Assembly (NCBI GenBank): GCA_003561815.1
Contig: PWVP01000132.1
Coordinates: 1 to 36,283 of the forward strand
Reading direction: 5' to 3'
Source of the DNA: Campylobacterota bacterium
GTDB lineage: Bacteria > Campylobacterota > Campylobacteria > Campylobacterales > SZUA-545
DNA: 36,283 nucleotides
Under the pieces are notes generated by a model, which saw nothing but the letters and a program-made list of their open reading frames with translations, was not told the DNA's origin and ran no database searches. Position numbers and translations under genes: made by a program. Of this stretch, positions 17,960 through 28,458 are shown piece after piece. Positions within the stretch are counted from its first letter, which is position 1, and the number at the start of each line of letters is the position of its first letter.

Positions 17960-18709
17960 ATGAAAGTGCGGATTATCGGAGGCGGTCACATGGGCTCAGC
18001 CATCTACGGCGGGCTTAAAGGGGCTCATAGCCTCACCGTCGTCGAAAAGAGCGAGGAGCAGAAGGCGCGTCTCAAAGCCCGCTTTGGGTCGGTGGCGTTT
18101 GTCGAGGCGCAGACGCCGGTAGAAAAAGACGAGATTGTTATCCTGGCCATTAAGCCTCAGGTGTTTGAGAAGGTCTCACTCCAGGGCGAGCCGGAGGGGA
18201 TTATCTCCATCATGGCGGGGGTGACGCTCGATCGGATTCGCGCCCACTTTCGGGCCAGGCACTTCGTGCGGGTGATGCCCAATCTGGCTGCACTCAACGG
18301 CCGCTCCGCCTCGGTGCTCACCGGCGATGAACCGCTTAAAGAGCGGGCACTTGAGCTGGTGGGCGCGATCGGCTCTGCGCTCTGGCTGGAGAGTGAGCGG
18401 GAGCTGGATATCGCCACCGCGCTGGCTGGAAGCGGGCCGGGCTATCTCGCGCTTATCGCTGAAGCGCTGGCCAACGGTGCCGTACGGCAGGGGCTGAGCA
18501 ACGAGCGGGCCCACGCCCTGACCGCCGCCCTTTTTGGGGGGATGGAGGGGCTTTTAGAGCAGAACCACCCAGCACAGCTTAAGGAGATGGTCTGCTCACC
18601 GGGGGGCACCACCATCGCCGGCATAGAGGTGCTGGAGAAGCGGGCGGTGCGCGCGGCGGTGATGGAGGCGCTAGAGGCCGCCTTTAAGCGCACGCAAGCG
18701 CTGGCCTAA
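17960..18709 (+). CDS. proC: Pyrroline-5-carboxylate reductase
   Basis: IIGGGHMG, LAIKPQ, ISIMAGV, RVMPN, AGSGPGY and VCSPGGTTIAG. Confidence 0.96.
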   Translation: MKVRIIGGGHMGSAIYGGLKGAHSLTVVEKSEEQKARLKARFGSVAFVEAQTPVEKDEIVILAIKPQVFEKVSLQGEPEGIISIMAGVTLDRIRAHFRARHFVRVMPNLAALNGRSASVLTGDEPLKERALELVGAIGSALWLESERELDIATALAGSGPGYLALIAEALANGAVRQGLSNERAHALTAALFGGMEGLLEQNHPAQLKEMVCSPGGTTIAGIEVLEKRAVRAAVMEALEAAFKRTQALA

Positions 18710-20514
18710 AACCAGAGGGTGTTGCGGCTTAAGAGCTGGCGGTTTTTTGAGTAGAGCTCATGAAAGCGCCCGGTGATGCGCCCTAGCACCCCGATGGTGT
18801 CCACCGCAAAGGCGCCCTTGTTGAGCATCACGCACTCGGCTCTGGATCCCATTGCCGCATCGGTAATCTCCGCGCGGCTAGGGAGGTTGCTCTTCATCTG
18901 GCTCTCAAGCACCTGTGTGGCCCAGATGACCGGCAGATGCGCAGCGGTGCAGATATCCAGTATCTCCTCTTGAAGCCATGCAAGGTTCTCAAACCCCATC
19001 TCGATCGCCAAATCCCCTCGAGCGATCATCACCCCCGCCGGGCGTTTGGCGCCAATAAGCGCCTCTAAAATCTCCGGCAGGGCACACACCCCCTTTTGGG
19101 TTTCGATTTTGGCCACGATACCGGTCGTCTCGCACCCCATCTCTGTAAGTTTACGATCGAGTGCACGGACATCCTCGCCACACTGGGTGAAGGAGAGGCC
19201 AATCATATCAGCATACGCCGCCACCGCCTCCAAAGCGGCACTATCGGCCCGACTCATCGCCGCAATCGGCAGGGCGGTATCGGGCAGGTTGATCCCCTTC
19301 TCCTCTTTGATCACCGTTCCGGTGGGCCTGGCATGAAACACCTCGCACAGCAGCCGATCGCCTGCGCGCTCTAGCACCCTCGCCCCCAGCTTCCCATCGT
19401 CGATAAAGAGCCGATCGCCAGGGATGACAAAGCTGATCGCCGCCTGATGGGTACAGCCGATCGAAGCGAGCTCTTCTATCTGCCCCTCCTCATCGAAGCG
19501 CGCCGCGTGGCCTAAAGTGCTCTCAGGGGTCAGATAGAAGCGATCGCCCACAAAGAGCCGTATCACCTCCGGCTGCGCCTGAAGATGGTGCAGCACTGTC
19601 TGCTCTTTTGTGGCTTTTAGCCTCAGACGGCTTTTAGGGCCCAGCAGGAGCTTCGTATCGACCCGGGCCAACCACCCCTGCTCACAGGGCTCAATCACCT
19701 CGATAAACCCCTTTTTGCCACGGATATCGCGCACCTTGATCCGCGCTCCGGCATGGCACGCACTTAAAAAGGTCTCATCCACGGCCAGTTGAGCCGCTAC
19801 CCTCTCGGTGGTCTTAGGCGATTTGTACTGTGGAGAGCTGTCCTGCTTTGAATCGACCAGAAAGAGAGGCTGCGCTTGAGTGTTAGAGCCCACCCGCAAT
19901 GGTGCAATCTCTCGCGCAATAGCACCGGTACGGATCTTAGGCCCGCAGAGATCGACATAGATGCGCAGCCGATCCGTCTCCTGGCGATCGCTATTGAGCT
20001 GACTGACCACTGCCGCCATCGCCCCCCACACCGGCGGCGAATCGTGCGCGGCGTTGATGCGAAAGAGGTGCACCCCGGCCCTGGCCAGCTTACCAATCAG
20101 CTCACCCCCACCCTCGGCGGCATCAAAGGGGAGGGTAACCATCACCCGCGTGGTGCTCGCACCGGTCAGACTGCGATCACACCCGCCCAGAAGGGCCGAT
20201 CGGCGCTGCTCTATCCCCTCACGGGCGGCCACAATCGCCCGGCGGTGGTTGCCATCGACCGGCTCACCCATTGCCGAGGAGAGCATCGCGTGGATATTGG
20301 CCACCGAGGCCTCAATATGGGCGAAGCTTCGCCCCAACGAGGAGAGGCCCAACAAAAAGAGCTTCTCCTGCAGCTCGCGACGATCCGCGCTTCGCAAAAT
20401 CAGATAGTGGCGGAGGTTGTCCAGGGCGGGATCCTCTGACGGTTTAAGGGCGCGGAAGGCCTGCAGCAGCTCTGTCAGCCCAAGAAGCGCCTCTTTTTGA
20501 AGCTGTAGGGACAT
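18706..20514 (-). CDS. pyk: Atypical long pyruvate kinase
   Basis: RINAAHD, DLCGPKIRTG, FIDDGK, KGINLP, AKIET, MIARGDL, ATQVLES, PSRAEITD and CVMLN. It has an extra N-terminal helical region, an enlarged lid region and no C-terminal regulatory domain. Confidence 0.85.
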   Translation of the reverse strand: MSLQLQKEALLGLTELLQAFRALKPSEDPALDNLRHYLILRSADRRELQEKLFLLGLSSLGRSFAHIEASVANIHAMLSSAMGEPVDGNHRRAIVAAREGIEQRRSALLGGCDRSLTGASTTRVMVTLPFDAAEGGGELIGKLARAGVHLFRINAAHDSPPVWGAMAAVVSQLNSDRQETDRLRIYVDLCGPKIRTGAIAREIAPLRVGSNTQAQPLFLVDSKQDSSPQYKSPKTTERVAAQLAVDETFLSACHAGARIKVRDIRGKKGFIEVIEPCEQGWLARVDTKLLLGPKSRLRLKATKEQTVLHHLQAQPEVIRLFVGDRFYLTPESTLGHAARFDEEGQIEELASIGCTHQAAISFVIPGDRLFIDDGKLGARVLERAGDRLLCEVFHARPTGTVIKEEKGINLPDTALPIAAMSRADSAALEAVAAYADMIGLSFTQCGEDVRALDRKLTEMGCETTGIVAKIETQKGVCALPEILEALIGAKRPAGVMIARGDLAIEMGFENLAWLQEEILDICTAAHLPVIWATQVLESQMKSNLPSRAEITDAAMGSRAECVMLNKGAFAVDTIGVLGRITGRFHELYSKNRQLLSRNTLWF

Positions 20515-20578
20515 CGGTTTGCCTTTTGGATTTAAAAGGGGTGTATCCTAAAGAGAGGAGGTGACAATCCGAAGACGG

Positions 20579-21580
20579 CTAGTCGCCGGCAAAGTCAAGC
20601 AGGGCGCTACCCCAGGTCAGGCCGCCGCCAAAGGCGTCCAGCAGGAGGCGATCGCCTTTTTTAAGGCGGCCCGCCTCATAGAGGTCATTGAGCGCCATCG
20701 GGATGGAGGCGGCGGAGGTGTTGCCATATTTGGCCACGGTCATCACCACCTGCTCTTCGCTCAACCCCAGCGCATCGCCTACCGCCTTGATAATGCGGTA
20801 GTTGGCCTGATGGGGAACGAAGTGTTTAATCTCTGAGGCGCTCACACCGTTTCGTGCCAGAATCGTCTGCACATCCTGCGTGAGCGTCTTGACCGCCACC
20901 TTGAAGGTCTCATTGCCCCGCATCTGCATAAATTGGCAGTGCGCCTTATCCAGCGCGCCGTGTGCCGGATGGCGGCTGCCGCCACCGGGGGTGATCAAGA
21001 AGTCCTGAAACTCCCCATCGGCACCGATCTTGACATCGACCACCCGGTTTTCAGGGCTCTCGCTGGCGCGAATCACCGCAGCACCGGCCCCATCCCCAAA
21101 GAGTATGCAGGTGCCGCGATCGGTGTAGTCCACAAAGCGGCTTAGCGCCTCTGCCCCCACAATCAGCACGCAGCGGGCCATCCCCGACTCGATATAGGCT
21201 TTGGCACTCGAGAGGGCGTAGATAAAGCCGCTACAGGCCGCAAGCACATCAAGCGCCCCTACCCCCTTGATGCCCAGCCGATGGGCCAATACGCAAGCGG
21301 TAGAGGGCATAAAGAGGTAGTCTCCCGAGATGGAGGCGACAATCACAAGATCGATCGCCTCGGGCCCCACCCCGGCACGCTCCATCGCCTGCTTGGCGGC
21401 GTGGTAGGCCAGATCGCTGGTCGCCTCATCCTCTGCAGCGATGTGGCGCGTCTGGATACCGGTGCGTTTGGTGATCCACTCATCGGTGGTATCGACCATC
21501 CTCTCCAGATCGCGGTTGCTCAGGGTCTTTTCAGGGACATAGGCGCCCACCGAGACCATCTGAGCATAGGGGCGCATCAC
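20579..21580 (-). CDS. fabH: 3-oxoacyl-ACP synthase III
   Basis: AACSGF, DRGTCILFGDGAGA, PHQAN, YGNTSAASIP and FGGGLTWG. Confidence 0.97.
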   Translation of the reverse strand: MMRPYAQMVSVGAYVPEKTLSNRDLERMVDTTDEWITKRTGIQTRHIAAEDEATSDLAYHAAKQAMERAGVGPEAIDLVIVASISGDYLFMPSTACVLAHRLGIKGVGALDVLAACSGFIYALSSAKAYIESGMARCVLIVGAEALSRFVDYTDRGTCILFGDGAGAAVIRASESPENRVVDVKIGADGEFQDFLITPGGGSRHPAHGALDKAHCQFMQMRGNETFKVAVKTLTQDVQTILARNGVSASEIKHFVPHQANYRIIKAVGDALGLSEEQVVMTVAKYGNTSAASIPMALNDLYEAGRLKKGDRLLLDAFGGGLTWGSALLDFAGD

Positions 21581-22602
21581 GCCTGCTCCTCCCGTTTTGG
21601 CGGCGTAGCGCGGTAGCGATCCAGGTAGGCGACGATCTGATCGTTTACCCCCGACTCGGTAAAGCGGATCGCCTGCATGATGGCGTTTTTGATCGCTTTA
21701 GGGTTGCTTTTGCCGTGGCTGATAATGGAGCAGCCATTGACCCCGATCAGAGGCGCGCCGCCATACTCGGCATAGTCCATGTCCTTTTTTAACCCCTTAA
21801 AAGCGCTACGCATTAGAGCAGCACCCAGAAGGCTCATCAAAGAGCGCTTGGTGTGGCGCTTGAGCACATCCACCATCGCATCGGCCACCCCTTCGCCGGT
21901 CTTGAGCAGCACATTGCCCACAAAGCCGTCACACACCACCACATCGACGCTGCCTTTGAAGATATCGCCCCCTTCGACATTGCCGATAAAGTTAAAGTCG
22001 GGAAGCTCTTTGAGCAGGCCGTGGGTCTCTTTAACCAGCCGATCGCCCTTGCTGGGCTCCTCGCCATTGGCCAGCAGCCCCACGCGGGGGCGCTCCTGGC
22101 GGAGCACATTGGTCGCATACGCTTTGCCCATCACCGCAAACTGCACCAGGTGCTTCGCCTCGCTATCGACATTGGCGCCGACATCGAGCACTAGAGAGTG
22201 TTTGCCGTCTGTGGTGGTGGGCATTAGGGTAGCGATTGCCGGGCGCATCACCCCGGGCAGTCGTCCGATTCGTAGTGTTGAGAGGCTCATGCTCGCACCG
22301 CTGTGGCCCGCTGAGACCACCGCATGCGCTTCGTTTTTGGCCACCAGATCGACCGCTTTATAGATGGAGCTCTCCTTGCGCCGTAGCGCGTCGGTAGCCC
22401 CCTCATGCATGCCGATCACATCGTGCGCCTCCACGATGATCGCCCGGCGCTTGAGCGCCTCGTTCAGGTGCGGCTCAATCTCCGATCGACGCCCCACCAG
22501 AATCGGCTCATAGGAGCACTCCTCCAGTGCGAGTGCGCACCCCTGAACGATAGGCTCCGGACCGAAATCGCCGCCCATCGCATCGATGGCAACCTTGACC
22601 AT
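21577..22602 (-). CDS. plsX: Phosphate acyltransferase PlsX
   Basis: AIDAMGGDFGP, VSAGHSGA, LDVGAN, VVCDGFVGN and YGGAPLIG. Confidence 0.97.
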   Translation of the reverse strand: MVKVAIDAMGGDFGPEPIVQGCALALEECSYEPILVGRRSEIEPHLNEALKRRAIIVEAHDVIGMHEGATDALRRKESSIYKAVDLVAKNEAHAVVSAGHSGASMSLSTLRIGRLPGVMRPAIATLMPTTTDGKHSLVLDVGANVDSEAKHLVQFAVMGKAYATNVLRQERPRVGLLANGEEPSKGDRLVKETHGLLKELPDFNFIGNVEGGDIFKGSVDVVVCDGFVGNVLLKTGEGVADAMVDVLKRHTKRSLMSLLGAALMRSAFKGLKKDMDYAEYGGAPLIGVNGCSIISHGKSNPKAIKNAIMQAIRFTESGVNDQIVAYLDRYRATPPKREEQA

Positions 22603-22612
22603 TGGCCGCGGA

Positions 22613-22762
22613 CTACTTCTCGCCGCAGCTAGGGCAGGTGTGGTGGGTCAGTTTATAGGCCCCACAGCTTGCACACTTGACCGGGGTCTTGAGTGTGATG
22701 TTGTAGTGGGTTCGGCGTTTAGCCGCGCGGGCGTGGGACACCCTTCTCTTTGGTACTGCCAT
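22613..22762 (-). CDS. rpmF: 50S ribosomal protein L32 (49 aa; not in ORF track)
   Basis: Manual translation gives [49 protein letters not shown], between yceD and plsX, with an AAGGAG RBS. Confidence 0.97.
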   Translation of the reverse strand: MAVPKRRVSHARAAKRRTHYNITLKTPVKCASCGAYKLTHHTCPSCGEK

Positions 22763-22763
22763 A

Positions 22764-23165
22764 TCAATCTCCTTCGTTTATTTCAACTGGTTCGTCTCCC
22801 GCACAATCGGGACAGTGGTGGTAGCCGCACCGATACGCCTCTTTCTCGCTCTGAAGCAGAAAGGCGGCATCGATGCGACCACCGGGCATCTCGACAACGG
22901 GCCAGGGCAACGGCTGCTGATCGTCTGGCTCATAGAGGCGATCGCTCAGAAGCAGCTCCACCGGCTCGTTAATCGTGCTGACCCACTCCGCACCGCAGCG
23001 ATCGCACACCAGACTCAGGTGTCCTGAAAGCTGCGCCGTGAGGCGGATAAGTCCCCCTTTATGGTGAGCAAGCGTCCCCTCCAGCCTCAGCTCATGGCCC
23101 GCCTCCTCTTCAGAGGCGTTGAGGGCAAGGGGCTCGGTGCCCACCCTTTGAAAGGGGATATTCAT
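22764..23165 (-). CDS. YceD/DUF177 family protein
   Basis: CDRC motif, C-terminal CPDC and the canonical position upstream of rpmF. Confidence 0.8.
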   Translation of the reverse strand: MNIPFQRVGTEPLALNASEEEAGHELRLEGTLAHHKGGLIRLTAQLSGHLSLVCDRCGAEWVSTINEPVELLLSDRLYEPDDQQPLPWPVVEMPGGRIDAAFLLQSEKEAYRCGYHHCPDCAGDEPVEINEGD

Positions 23166-23581
23166 TAGAGGATCTCAAACTCCGCAAAGAACTGGCTGAT
23201 CTCGAGTGCCGCATTCTCGGCGCTGTCGCTGCCGTGCACCGCATTGGCGTCGATGCTCTCGGCAAAGTCGGCGCGGATGGTGCCCGCCGCCGCCTCTTTG
23301 GGGTTGGTCGCCCCCATCAGTTCGCGGTTTTTAGCGACGGCGTTATCCCCTTCGAGCACCATCACCACCACCGGGCCGCTGGTCATAAAGCCCACCAGCT
23401 CCCCGAAGAAGGGGCGCTCACGGTGGATCGCATAGAACTGCTCTGCCATCGCGCGGCTTAGCTGAACTTTTTTCATCGCCGCAATCCGCAGATCGTTAGA
23501 CTCAAAACGGTCCACAATCTTACCGATCACGCCTTTGCTGACCGCATCGGGTTTAATAATCGAAAGGGTTCTCTCTGCCAT
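23165..23581 (-). CDS. ndk: Nucleoside diphosphate kinase
   Basis: [27 protein letters not shown] and NAVHGSDS. Confidence 0.98.
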   Translation of the reverse strand: MAERTLSIIKPDAVSKGVIGKIVDRFESNDLRIAAMKKVQLSRAMAEQFYAIHRERPFFGELVGFMTSGPVVVMVLEGDNAVAKNRELMGATNPKEAAAGTIRADFAESIDANAVHGSDSAENAALEISQFFAEFEIL

Positions 23582-23632
23582 CTTCGCTCCTGTCTTTAGC
23601 TATAAAATTTTCCTCAGAAAATAAGGCGCAGG

Positions 23633-23638
23633 ATTATA
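23633..23638 (-). promoter_or_regulatory. -10 element upstream of ndk
   Basis: TATAAT on the minus strand in an AT-rich intergenic region about 50 bp before the ndk start. Confidence 0.6.
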
Positions 23639-23692
23639 CAGAAATTTTTCTCTTTTTGCAAGCTAAGGGGTGAACAAGGAGGGGTGTGAAGC

Positions 23693-23715
23693 GACCGGAT
23701 CGGCGCGATCCGGCC
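23693..23715 (-). terminator. GC-rich hairpin just after the ferredoxin stop codon (possible terminator or stabilising stem)
   Basis: CCGGATCG-GCG-CGATCCGG, an 8-bp perfect stem extendable by G-U and G-C pairs on the minus strand. No strong U-tract. Confidence 0.4.
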
Positions 23716-23722
23716 AGAAACT

Positions 23723-23977
23723 TTAGGCGATAACCGCTTCGCCTTCGGGCTTGCCTTGTTTGTTGCCTGCAGCCCAGACAATGCAGTCCTCGGTGGGGCA
23801 GGCCGCTGCACAAGCGGGCTCGTCGTGGTGGCCCTCACACTCTACACACTTGTCTGCGTAGACATAGTAGATGTCGGTTCCCTCCGGGTTGTCGCTATCA
23901 TCTACGATCGCCTCGGTGGGGCACTCGTCGATACAGGCACCGCAGTTAATACAGGTGTCGGTAATTTTAACCGCCAT
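23723..23977 (-). CDS. fdxA: 2[4Fe-4S] ferredoxin (YfhL/FdxA type)
   Basis: CINCGACIDECP and CVECEGHHDEPACAAACP. ATG 23977 follows a GAGG RBS. Confidence 0.93.
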   Translation of the reverse strand: MAVKITDTCINCGACIDECPTEAIVDDSDNPEGTDIYYVYADKCVECEGHHDEPACAAACPTEDCIVWAAGNKQGKPEGEAVIA

Positions 23978-24051
23978 GATTGACCTCTTTGAAGTGGTTT
24001 CCACGCCGCCGATGCGGGTGCGAGCAAACTTTAGCCGATCTGCTCTTAACC

Positions 24052-25200
24052 TCAGTTAAGGGCGGCACGGATCGCCTCAACCTTATCGGTCTGCTCCCAG
24101 ACAAACCCCTCGTTCTCGCGCCCAAAGTGGCCGTAGGCGGCGCTTTTGTAGTATTGCGGTCGCTTTAGATCCAGCATTGCAATCATCCCGGCCGGATCGA
24201 GGGGGAAGATGGCCCGCACCGCCTGGATAATCCGCTCAGGATCGACCGTGTGGGTGCCGTGGGTGTCGATATCGAGCGCCACCGGCTCGCTGATACCGAT
24301 CACATAGCTGATCGCCACACTCACCCGGCGGCACACCCCCGCTTCGACCAGATTTTTGGCGATATAGCGCGCCATATAGGCGCCACTGCGATCGACTTTG
24401 GTGCCATCTTTTCCACTAAAGGCCCCGCCGCCATGCGGACAGGCGCCGCCGTAGCTATCGACGATGTTCTTTCGCCCGGTCAGGCCCGTATCCGCCTGCG
24501 GCCCGCCAATCACAAAGAGGCCGGTGGGGTTAATCGCCTGGCTAAACCCCTCTGCGCGCAGCTCTTGATCAATCACCGCATCGATCACCTCCGCAGCAAT
24601 CCCCTCGCGAAGCCGCTCGGTCTTAACACTGCGCGCGTGGTGGCTCGAGACGGTCACATGGCGCACCCCGATGGGGCGATCCCCCTCATAGGCTATCACC
24701 ACCTGCGCTTTTCCGTCGGGGCAGAGGTAGGGCAAAATCCCCTCTTTGCGCACCCGGGCCAGTCGCCGGGTGAGCCGGTGGGCGAGCAAGATTGCCAGGG
24801 GCATCCGCTCGGGGGTCTCATCGCAGGCGTAGCCGTAAACCGTCCCCTGATCTCCAGCACCCAGGGTGCCATCCTTATGGGCCACCCCCTGAGCGATATC
24901 GGGGCTCTGTTCGCCCACCGCCAGCAGCACCCCCGCACTGCGGTAGTCAAAGCCGAAGCTGCCATCGGTGTAGCCGATCTCGCGGATGGTATTGCGGGCA
25001 ATCTCGCCAATGGGCGCATACGCGGCGGTGTGGATCTCCCCCCCTACGATACAGAACCCGTTGGAGATCAGAACATCGCACGCCACCCGCGCGTCGGGAT
25101 CCTGTGTCAAAATCGCATCGACCACCGCATCGCTAATCTGATCGGCGATCTTGTCGGGGTGGCCTTCGGTAACCGATTCGGCGGTTATGAGTCGTTGCAT
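24052..25200 (-). CDS. metK: S-adenosylmethionine synthetase (divergent copy)
   Basis: [41 protein letters not shown] and YGHFGR. ATG 25200 follows an AAGGAG RBS. Confidence 0.92.
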   Translation of the reverse strand: MQRLITAESVTEGHPDKIADQISDAVVDAILTQDPDARVACDVLISNGFCIVGGEIHTAAYAPIGEIARNTIREIGYTDGSFGFDYRSAGVLLAVGEQSPDIAQGVAHKDGTLGAGDQGTVYGYACDETPERMPLAILLAHRLTRRLARVRKEGILPYLCPDGKAQVVIAYEGDRPIGVRHVTVSSHHARSVKTERLREGIAAEVIDAVIDQELRAEGFSQAINPTGLFVIGGPQADTGLTGRKNIVDSYGGACPHGGGAFSGKDGTKVDRSGAYMARYIAKNLVEAGVCRRVSVAISYVIGISEPVALDIDTHGTHTVDPERIIQAVRAIFPLDPAGMIAMLDLKRPQYYKSAAYGHFGRENEGFVWEQTDKVEAIRAALN

Positions 25201-26279
25201 CCGCGCTCCTTGTAAATAGCTTTGAGGTGATCCATGCGGCTGCCCAGGTTCATCAGGGCCATATCGGCCAGCACCAGCGCCACCATCGCCTCCACCACCG
25301 GTACGGCGCGCACCCCCACACAAGGGTCGTGACGCCCCTGGATCGCACACTCTGCCGGCTTGCCGTGGATATCCACCGTCTGCTGGGGCTTAAAGATGGA
25401 CGGGGTGGGCTTAAAGTGCACCCTCAGCTCCAGATCGGCACCGGTACTCACCCCGGCGAGCACCCCGCCCGCATGGTTGCTCTCAAACCCTTCGGGCGTC
25501 ATGGGATCGTTGTTTTCGCTTCCATGAAGGGTGGCCGCCTGGGTGCCCGCTCCGATCTCCACCGCCTTAGCGGCGTTGATCCCCATCAGCGCACCGGCCA
25601 GGGCGCCATCGAGTTTATCATAGAGCGGCTCACCCAGACCCGCTACCATGCCCGTTGCCCGAGCGGCCACCACCGCACCGATGGAGTCGTGCTGCGCTCT
25701 GGCCTGCTCGATCGCCGCCTTCATCGCCGCCTCTGCATCACCATCCAGAGCGAAAATGGCGCTTTTGGCCGCATGGGCGAAATCGAGCCGCGCCGCCTGC
25801 GCCTGGCCCACTGCCATTAACCCCGCCTCCACCGCAATCCCCAGCTCACGGAGCATCAGCTGTGCGATCGCGCCGGCGGCCACCCGCGCAGCACTTTCGC
25901 GGGCGCTGGTGCGACCGCCGCCACGGTGATCGCGAATGCCATATTTGGCCCACCAGCTAAAGTCGCCGTGGCCGGGGCGGAAGAGATTGCGGATATTTTC
26001 GTAATCTTTGCTTTTAGCCGATCGATTGTAGATGACCAGCGCGATGGGCGCACCGGTGCTGACCCCCTCAAACACACCGCTTAAGATCTCCACCGCATCG
26101 GGCTCGTTTCGTTTGGTGCCGTAGGCGTTTCCGCCGGGGCGACGGCGATCGAGCTGCCGCTGGATATAGTCGGTATCCATCACAAGCCCTGCGGGTACGC
26201 CATCGACCACGCAGCCGATCGCCGCACCGTGCGACTCCCCAAAGGTGCTCATGCTAAAGCGCGTGCCAAAACGGTTCAC
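25185..26279 (-). CDS. aroC: Chorismate synthase
   Basis: [31 protein letters not shown] and GRHDPC. Confidence 0.97.
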   Translation of the reverse strand: MNRFGTRFSMSTFGESHGAAIGCVVDGVPAGLVMDTDYIQRQLDRRRPGGNAYGTKRNEPDAVEILSGVFEGVSTGAPIALVIYNRSAKSKDYENIRNLFRPGHGDFSWWAKYGIRDHRGGGRTSARESAARVAAGAIAQLMLRELGIAVEAGLMAVGQAQAARLDFAHAAKSAIFALDGDAEAAMKAAIEQARAQHDSIGAVVAARATGMVAGLGEPLYDKLDGALAGALMGINAAKAVEIGAGTQAATLHGSENNDPMTPEGFESNHAGGVLAGVSTGADLELRVHFKPTPSIFKPQQTVDIHGKPAECAIQGRHDPCVGVRAVPVVEAMVALVLADMALMNLGSRMDHLKAIYKERGCNDS

Positions 26280-26956
26280 TTCTTCTCCTTTAAAAGCGCC
26301 TGCAGCGCCGCTTTGGCCGCCGCCTGCTGGGCGCTCTTTTTGCTGCCGCCCTTGCCGGTTGCCACCTCCTCATCGGCGATCGAGAGCACAATCTCAAACT
26401 CTTTTTGGTGATCAGGACCCACGGCAGCGACCACCCGGTACTCCGGAATCACCCCAAAGCGCGCCTGCGTCACCTCCTGAAGCCGGGTCTTGTAGTCGGT
26501 GATCAGATCATCGGGCCGAATCTCAGGAAAGCAGCGCTCGAGCACTCTTAGTGCCGCTTTGCGTGCTGGCTGCAGCCCCCCATCGAGATAGATCGCCCCA
26601 ATCACCGCCTCAAAGGCGTTGGAGAGGATAGAGGGCTTATCGCGCCCACGGTTGTGCTCCTCTGCCGCCGAGAGGTGGATATGGCGGCCCAGATGAAGCG
26701 CCTGGGCCAGGCGGGCGAAGGAGCGCTCATTGACCAGCGCCGCGCGCAGCTTGGAGAGATCCCCCTCCGGTGCATCGGGCAGCTTATGGTAGAGGTACTC
26801 CCCCACAATCAGATCCAGCACCGCATCGCCGAGAAACTCCAGCCGCTCATTATCGGCTCCCCCTTTGCAGCTGCGATGCCGCAAAGCGGTCTCCAGAAGT
26901 GCCGGCTTCTCAAACAGATAGCCCACCGCCTGCTGCAGCGTGGCAATGCTCTCCAT
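26276..26956 (-). CDS. rnc: Ribonuclease III
   Basis: NERLEFLGDAVL signature and a dsRBD (DYKTRLQE...GSKKSAQQAAA). Confidence 0.98.
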   Translation of the reverse strand: MESIATLQQAVGYLFEKPALLETALRHRSCKGGADNERLEFLGDAVLDLIVGEYLYHKLPDAPEGDLSKLRAALVNERSFARLAQALHLGRHIHLSAAEEHNRGRDKPSILSNAFEAVIGAIYLDGGLQPARKAALRVLERCFPEIRPDDLITDYKTRLQEVTQARFGVIPEYRVVAAVGPDHQKEFEIVLSIADEEVATGKGGSKKSAQQAAAKAALQALLKEKK

Positions 26957-26978
26957 CCTCTAGACTCCTTCTTCTAAG

Positions 26979-27404
26979 CTAGCGGGCACGAACCGCCTCG
27001 GCCTCAGCTCTGGCGATCGCATCGCACCGCTCGTTCTCCGCATGGCCATCGTGACCGCGCACCCAGTTGGCCTCTACGCGGTGGGGGTGCGCACACACCT
27101 CGTACGCCTGCCAGAGATCGGGGTTTTTCACCCGGGCAAAGTTGCGCTTTCGCCACCCGGCCAGCCACTCGTTGATTCCGCGTACCACATAGGTGCTATC
27201 ACTAAAGAGCGTCACCTCGCACGGCTCTTTGAGCACCTTGAGCGCCTCAATCACCGCCAGAAGCTCCATGCGGTTATTGGTGGTGTGCGCTTCACGCCCC
27301 TTAAGGGTGCGCTCCTTATCGCCATAACGCAAAATCGCGCACCAGCCGCCAGGGCCGGGGTTGCCCAGCGCGCTACCATCAGTAAAAAGCTGCACTGGCT
27401 TCAT
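26979..27404 (-). CDS. rnhA: Ribonuclease HI
   Basis: FTDGSALGNPGPGG, TTNNRMEL, SDSTYV and WVRGHDGHAENERCD. Confidence 0.98.
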   Translation of the reverse strand: MKPVQLFTDGSALGNPGPGGWCAILRYGDKERTLKGREAHTTNNRMELLAVIEALKVLKEPCEVTLFSDSTYVVRGINEWLAGWRKRNFARVKNPDLWQAYEVCAHPHRVEANWVRGHDGHAENERCDAIARAEAEAVRAR

Positions 27405-28428
27405 GGCCCCCCTCCGATCGTGCCGTTAAGATCGGCTGCACGCGGGCCGTACCCACCGCCATACAGCCTGGACAGCGGTGAAAGTAGAGCGGATACTCCC
27501 CCATGCACTCGCTACAGATATACTCAAACTCCAGATCCGCCATCTCGCGCTTTTCGCCCAGTGCAATCAGAAGCGAGAACTCAAACACCTCACTCTCGCT
27601 TGCAGCATCGATCCACCCTTTGGCGGTGTAGAGCTGACGCAAGAAGGGGTGCTTGCACGCCTCGGTCTCATTGAAGCGATCACGGGGCAGCCGCCAGAAG
27701 AGATCCATCGCCGCCTTGGCGCGGGATGCATCCACCTGCCGCCACGCTTCGCCCACATGGGTGTTGAAGAAAAACTCCAGCACCTGACGGCTCAAAAAGG
27801 GGGCCCGCTGCCATAGGGCCAGTAGCCGCTCGCGTTTATGCTCATCGCTCAAAGCGGCACTGGAGACGATCGATCCCGCCTGCAAAAAGGCCCGCGCACG
27901 GGTCGTATCCCGCCCCAGCTCCTCTAGCGCCTCTAGCACCTCCAAAGCCGCATTAAACTCCCGCATCTGCTCATAGATCACCAGCAAAATCTCCAGCGCC
28001 TCGGGGTTGCGCGCCTTGATCTTTAGCGCATCGAGCAGAATGTCACGGCTGCGCTTCATAAAGCCCGCTTTATGGTAGGTGCGCCCCAAAAGCACCATCA
28101 CATCAACACGCACTGATTTGTTGGCCAGAATCTCCAAGAGCGCCAGATAGATCTTAATCGCCTCGCTATACTCGCCGCTTTTGTAGTAGATGGAGGCGAG
28201 CAGCATCAGCGAATCGGTGGAGTCTGGCTGCAGACTCAGTACACTTTTATAGTCGCGCGCCTTACGATCGGCCTCAAACCGCGAAAGAAAGCGGCTGAGC
28301 TTTTTGTCCTGATCCCGTCTGCGCAGAAGCCCCCACCAGTAGTTGGCCAGCGCCACCACCGCCACCACCAGCAGCAGCATCGCCACACTAAAGAGCGGAT
28401 GGCGATGATCGATAAAGAGAAACTCCAC
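27379..28428 (-). CDS. lapB: LapB/YciM-like membrane-anchored TPR protein with a C-terminal rubredoxin-like motif
   Basis: N-terminal TM helix, TPR-like helices and C-terminal YICSECM...CPGC. Confidence 0.75.
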   Translation of the reverse strand: MEFLFIDHRHPLFSVAMLLLVVAVVALANYWWGLLRRRDQDKKLSRFLSRFEADRKARDYKSVLSLQPDSTDSLMLLASIYYKSGEYSEAIKIYLALLEILANKSVRVDVMVLLGRTYHKAGFMKRSRDILLDALKIKARNPEALEILLVIYEQMREFNAALEVLEALEELGRDTTRARAFLQAGSIVSSAALSDEHKRERLLALWQRAPFLSRQVLEFFFNTHVGEAWRQVDASRAKAAMDLFWRLPRDRFNETEACKHPFLRQLYTAKGWIDAASESEVFEFSLLIALGEKREMADLEFEYICSECMGEYPLYFHRCPGCMAVGTARVQPILTARSEGGHEASAAFY

Positions 28429-28458
28429 GAGCCCACCCCTTGCGGCTAAAATGGGGAG

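Noticed and set aside
22586..22972. 128-aa plus-strand ORF over rpmF/yceD
   Set aside because: Antisense to the real L32 and YceD genes.
24250..25215. 321-aa ORF antisense to metK
   Set aside because: Antisense shadow with no RBS or recognisable domain.
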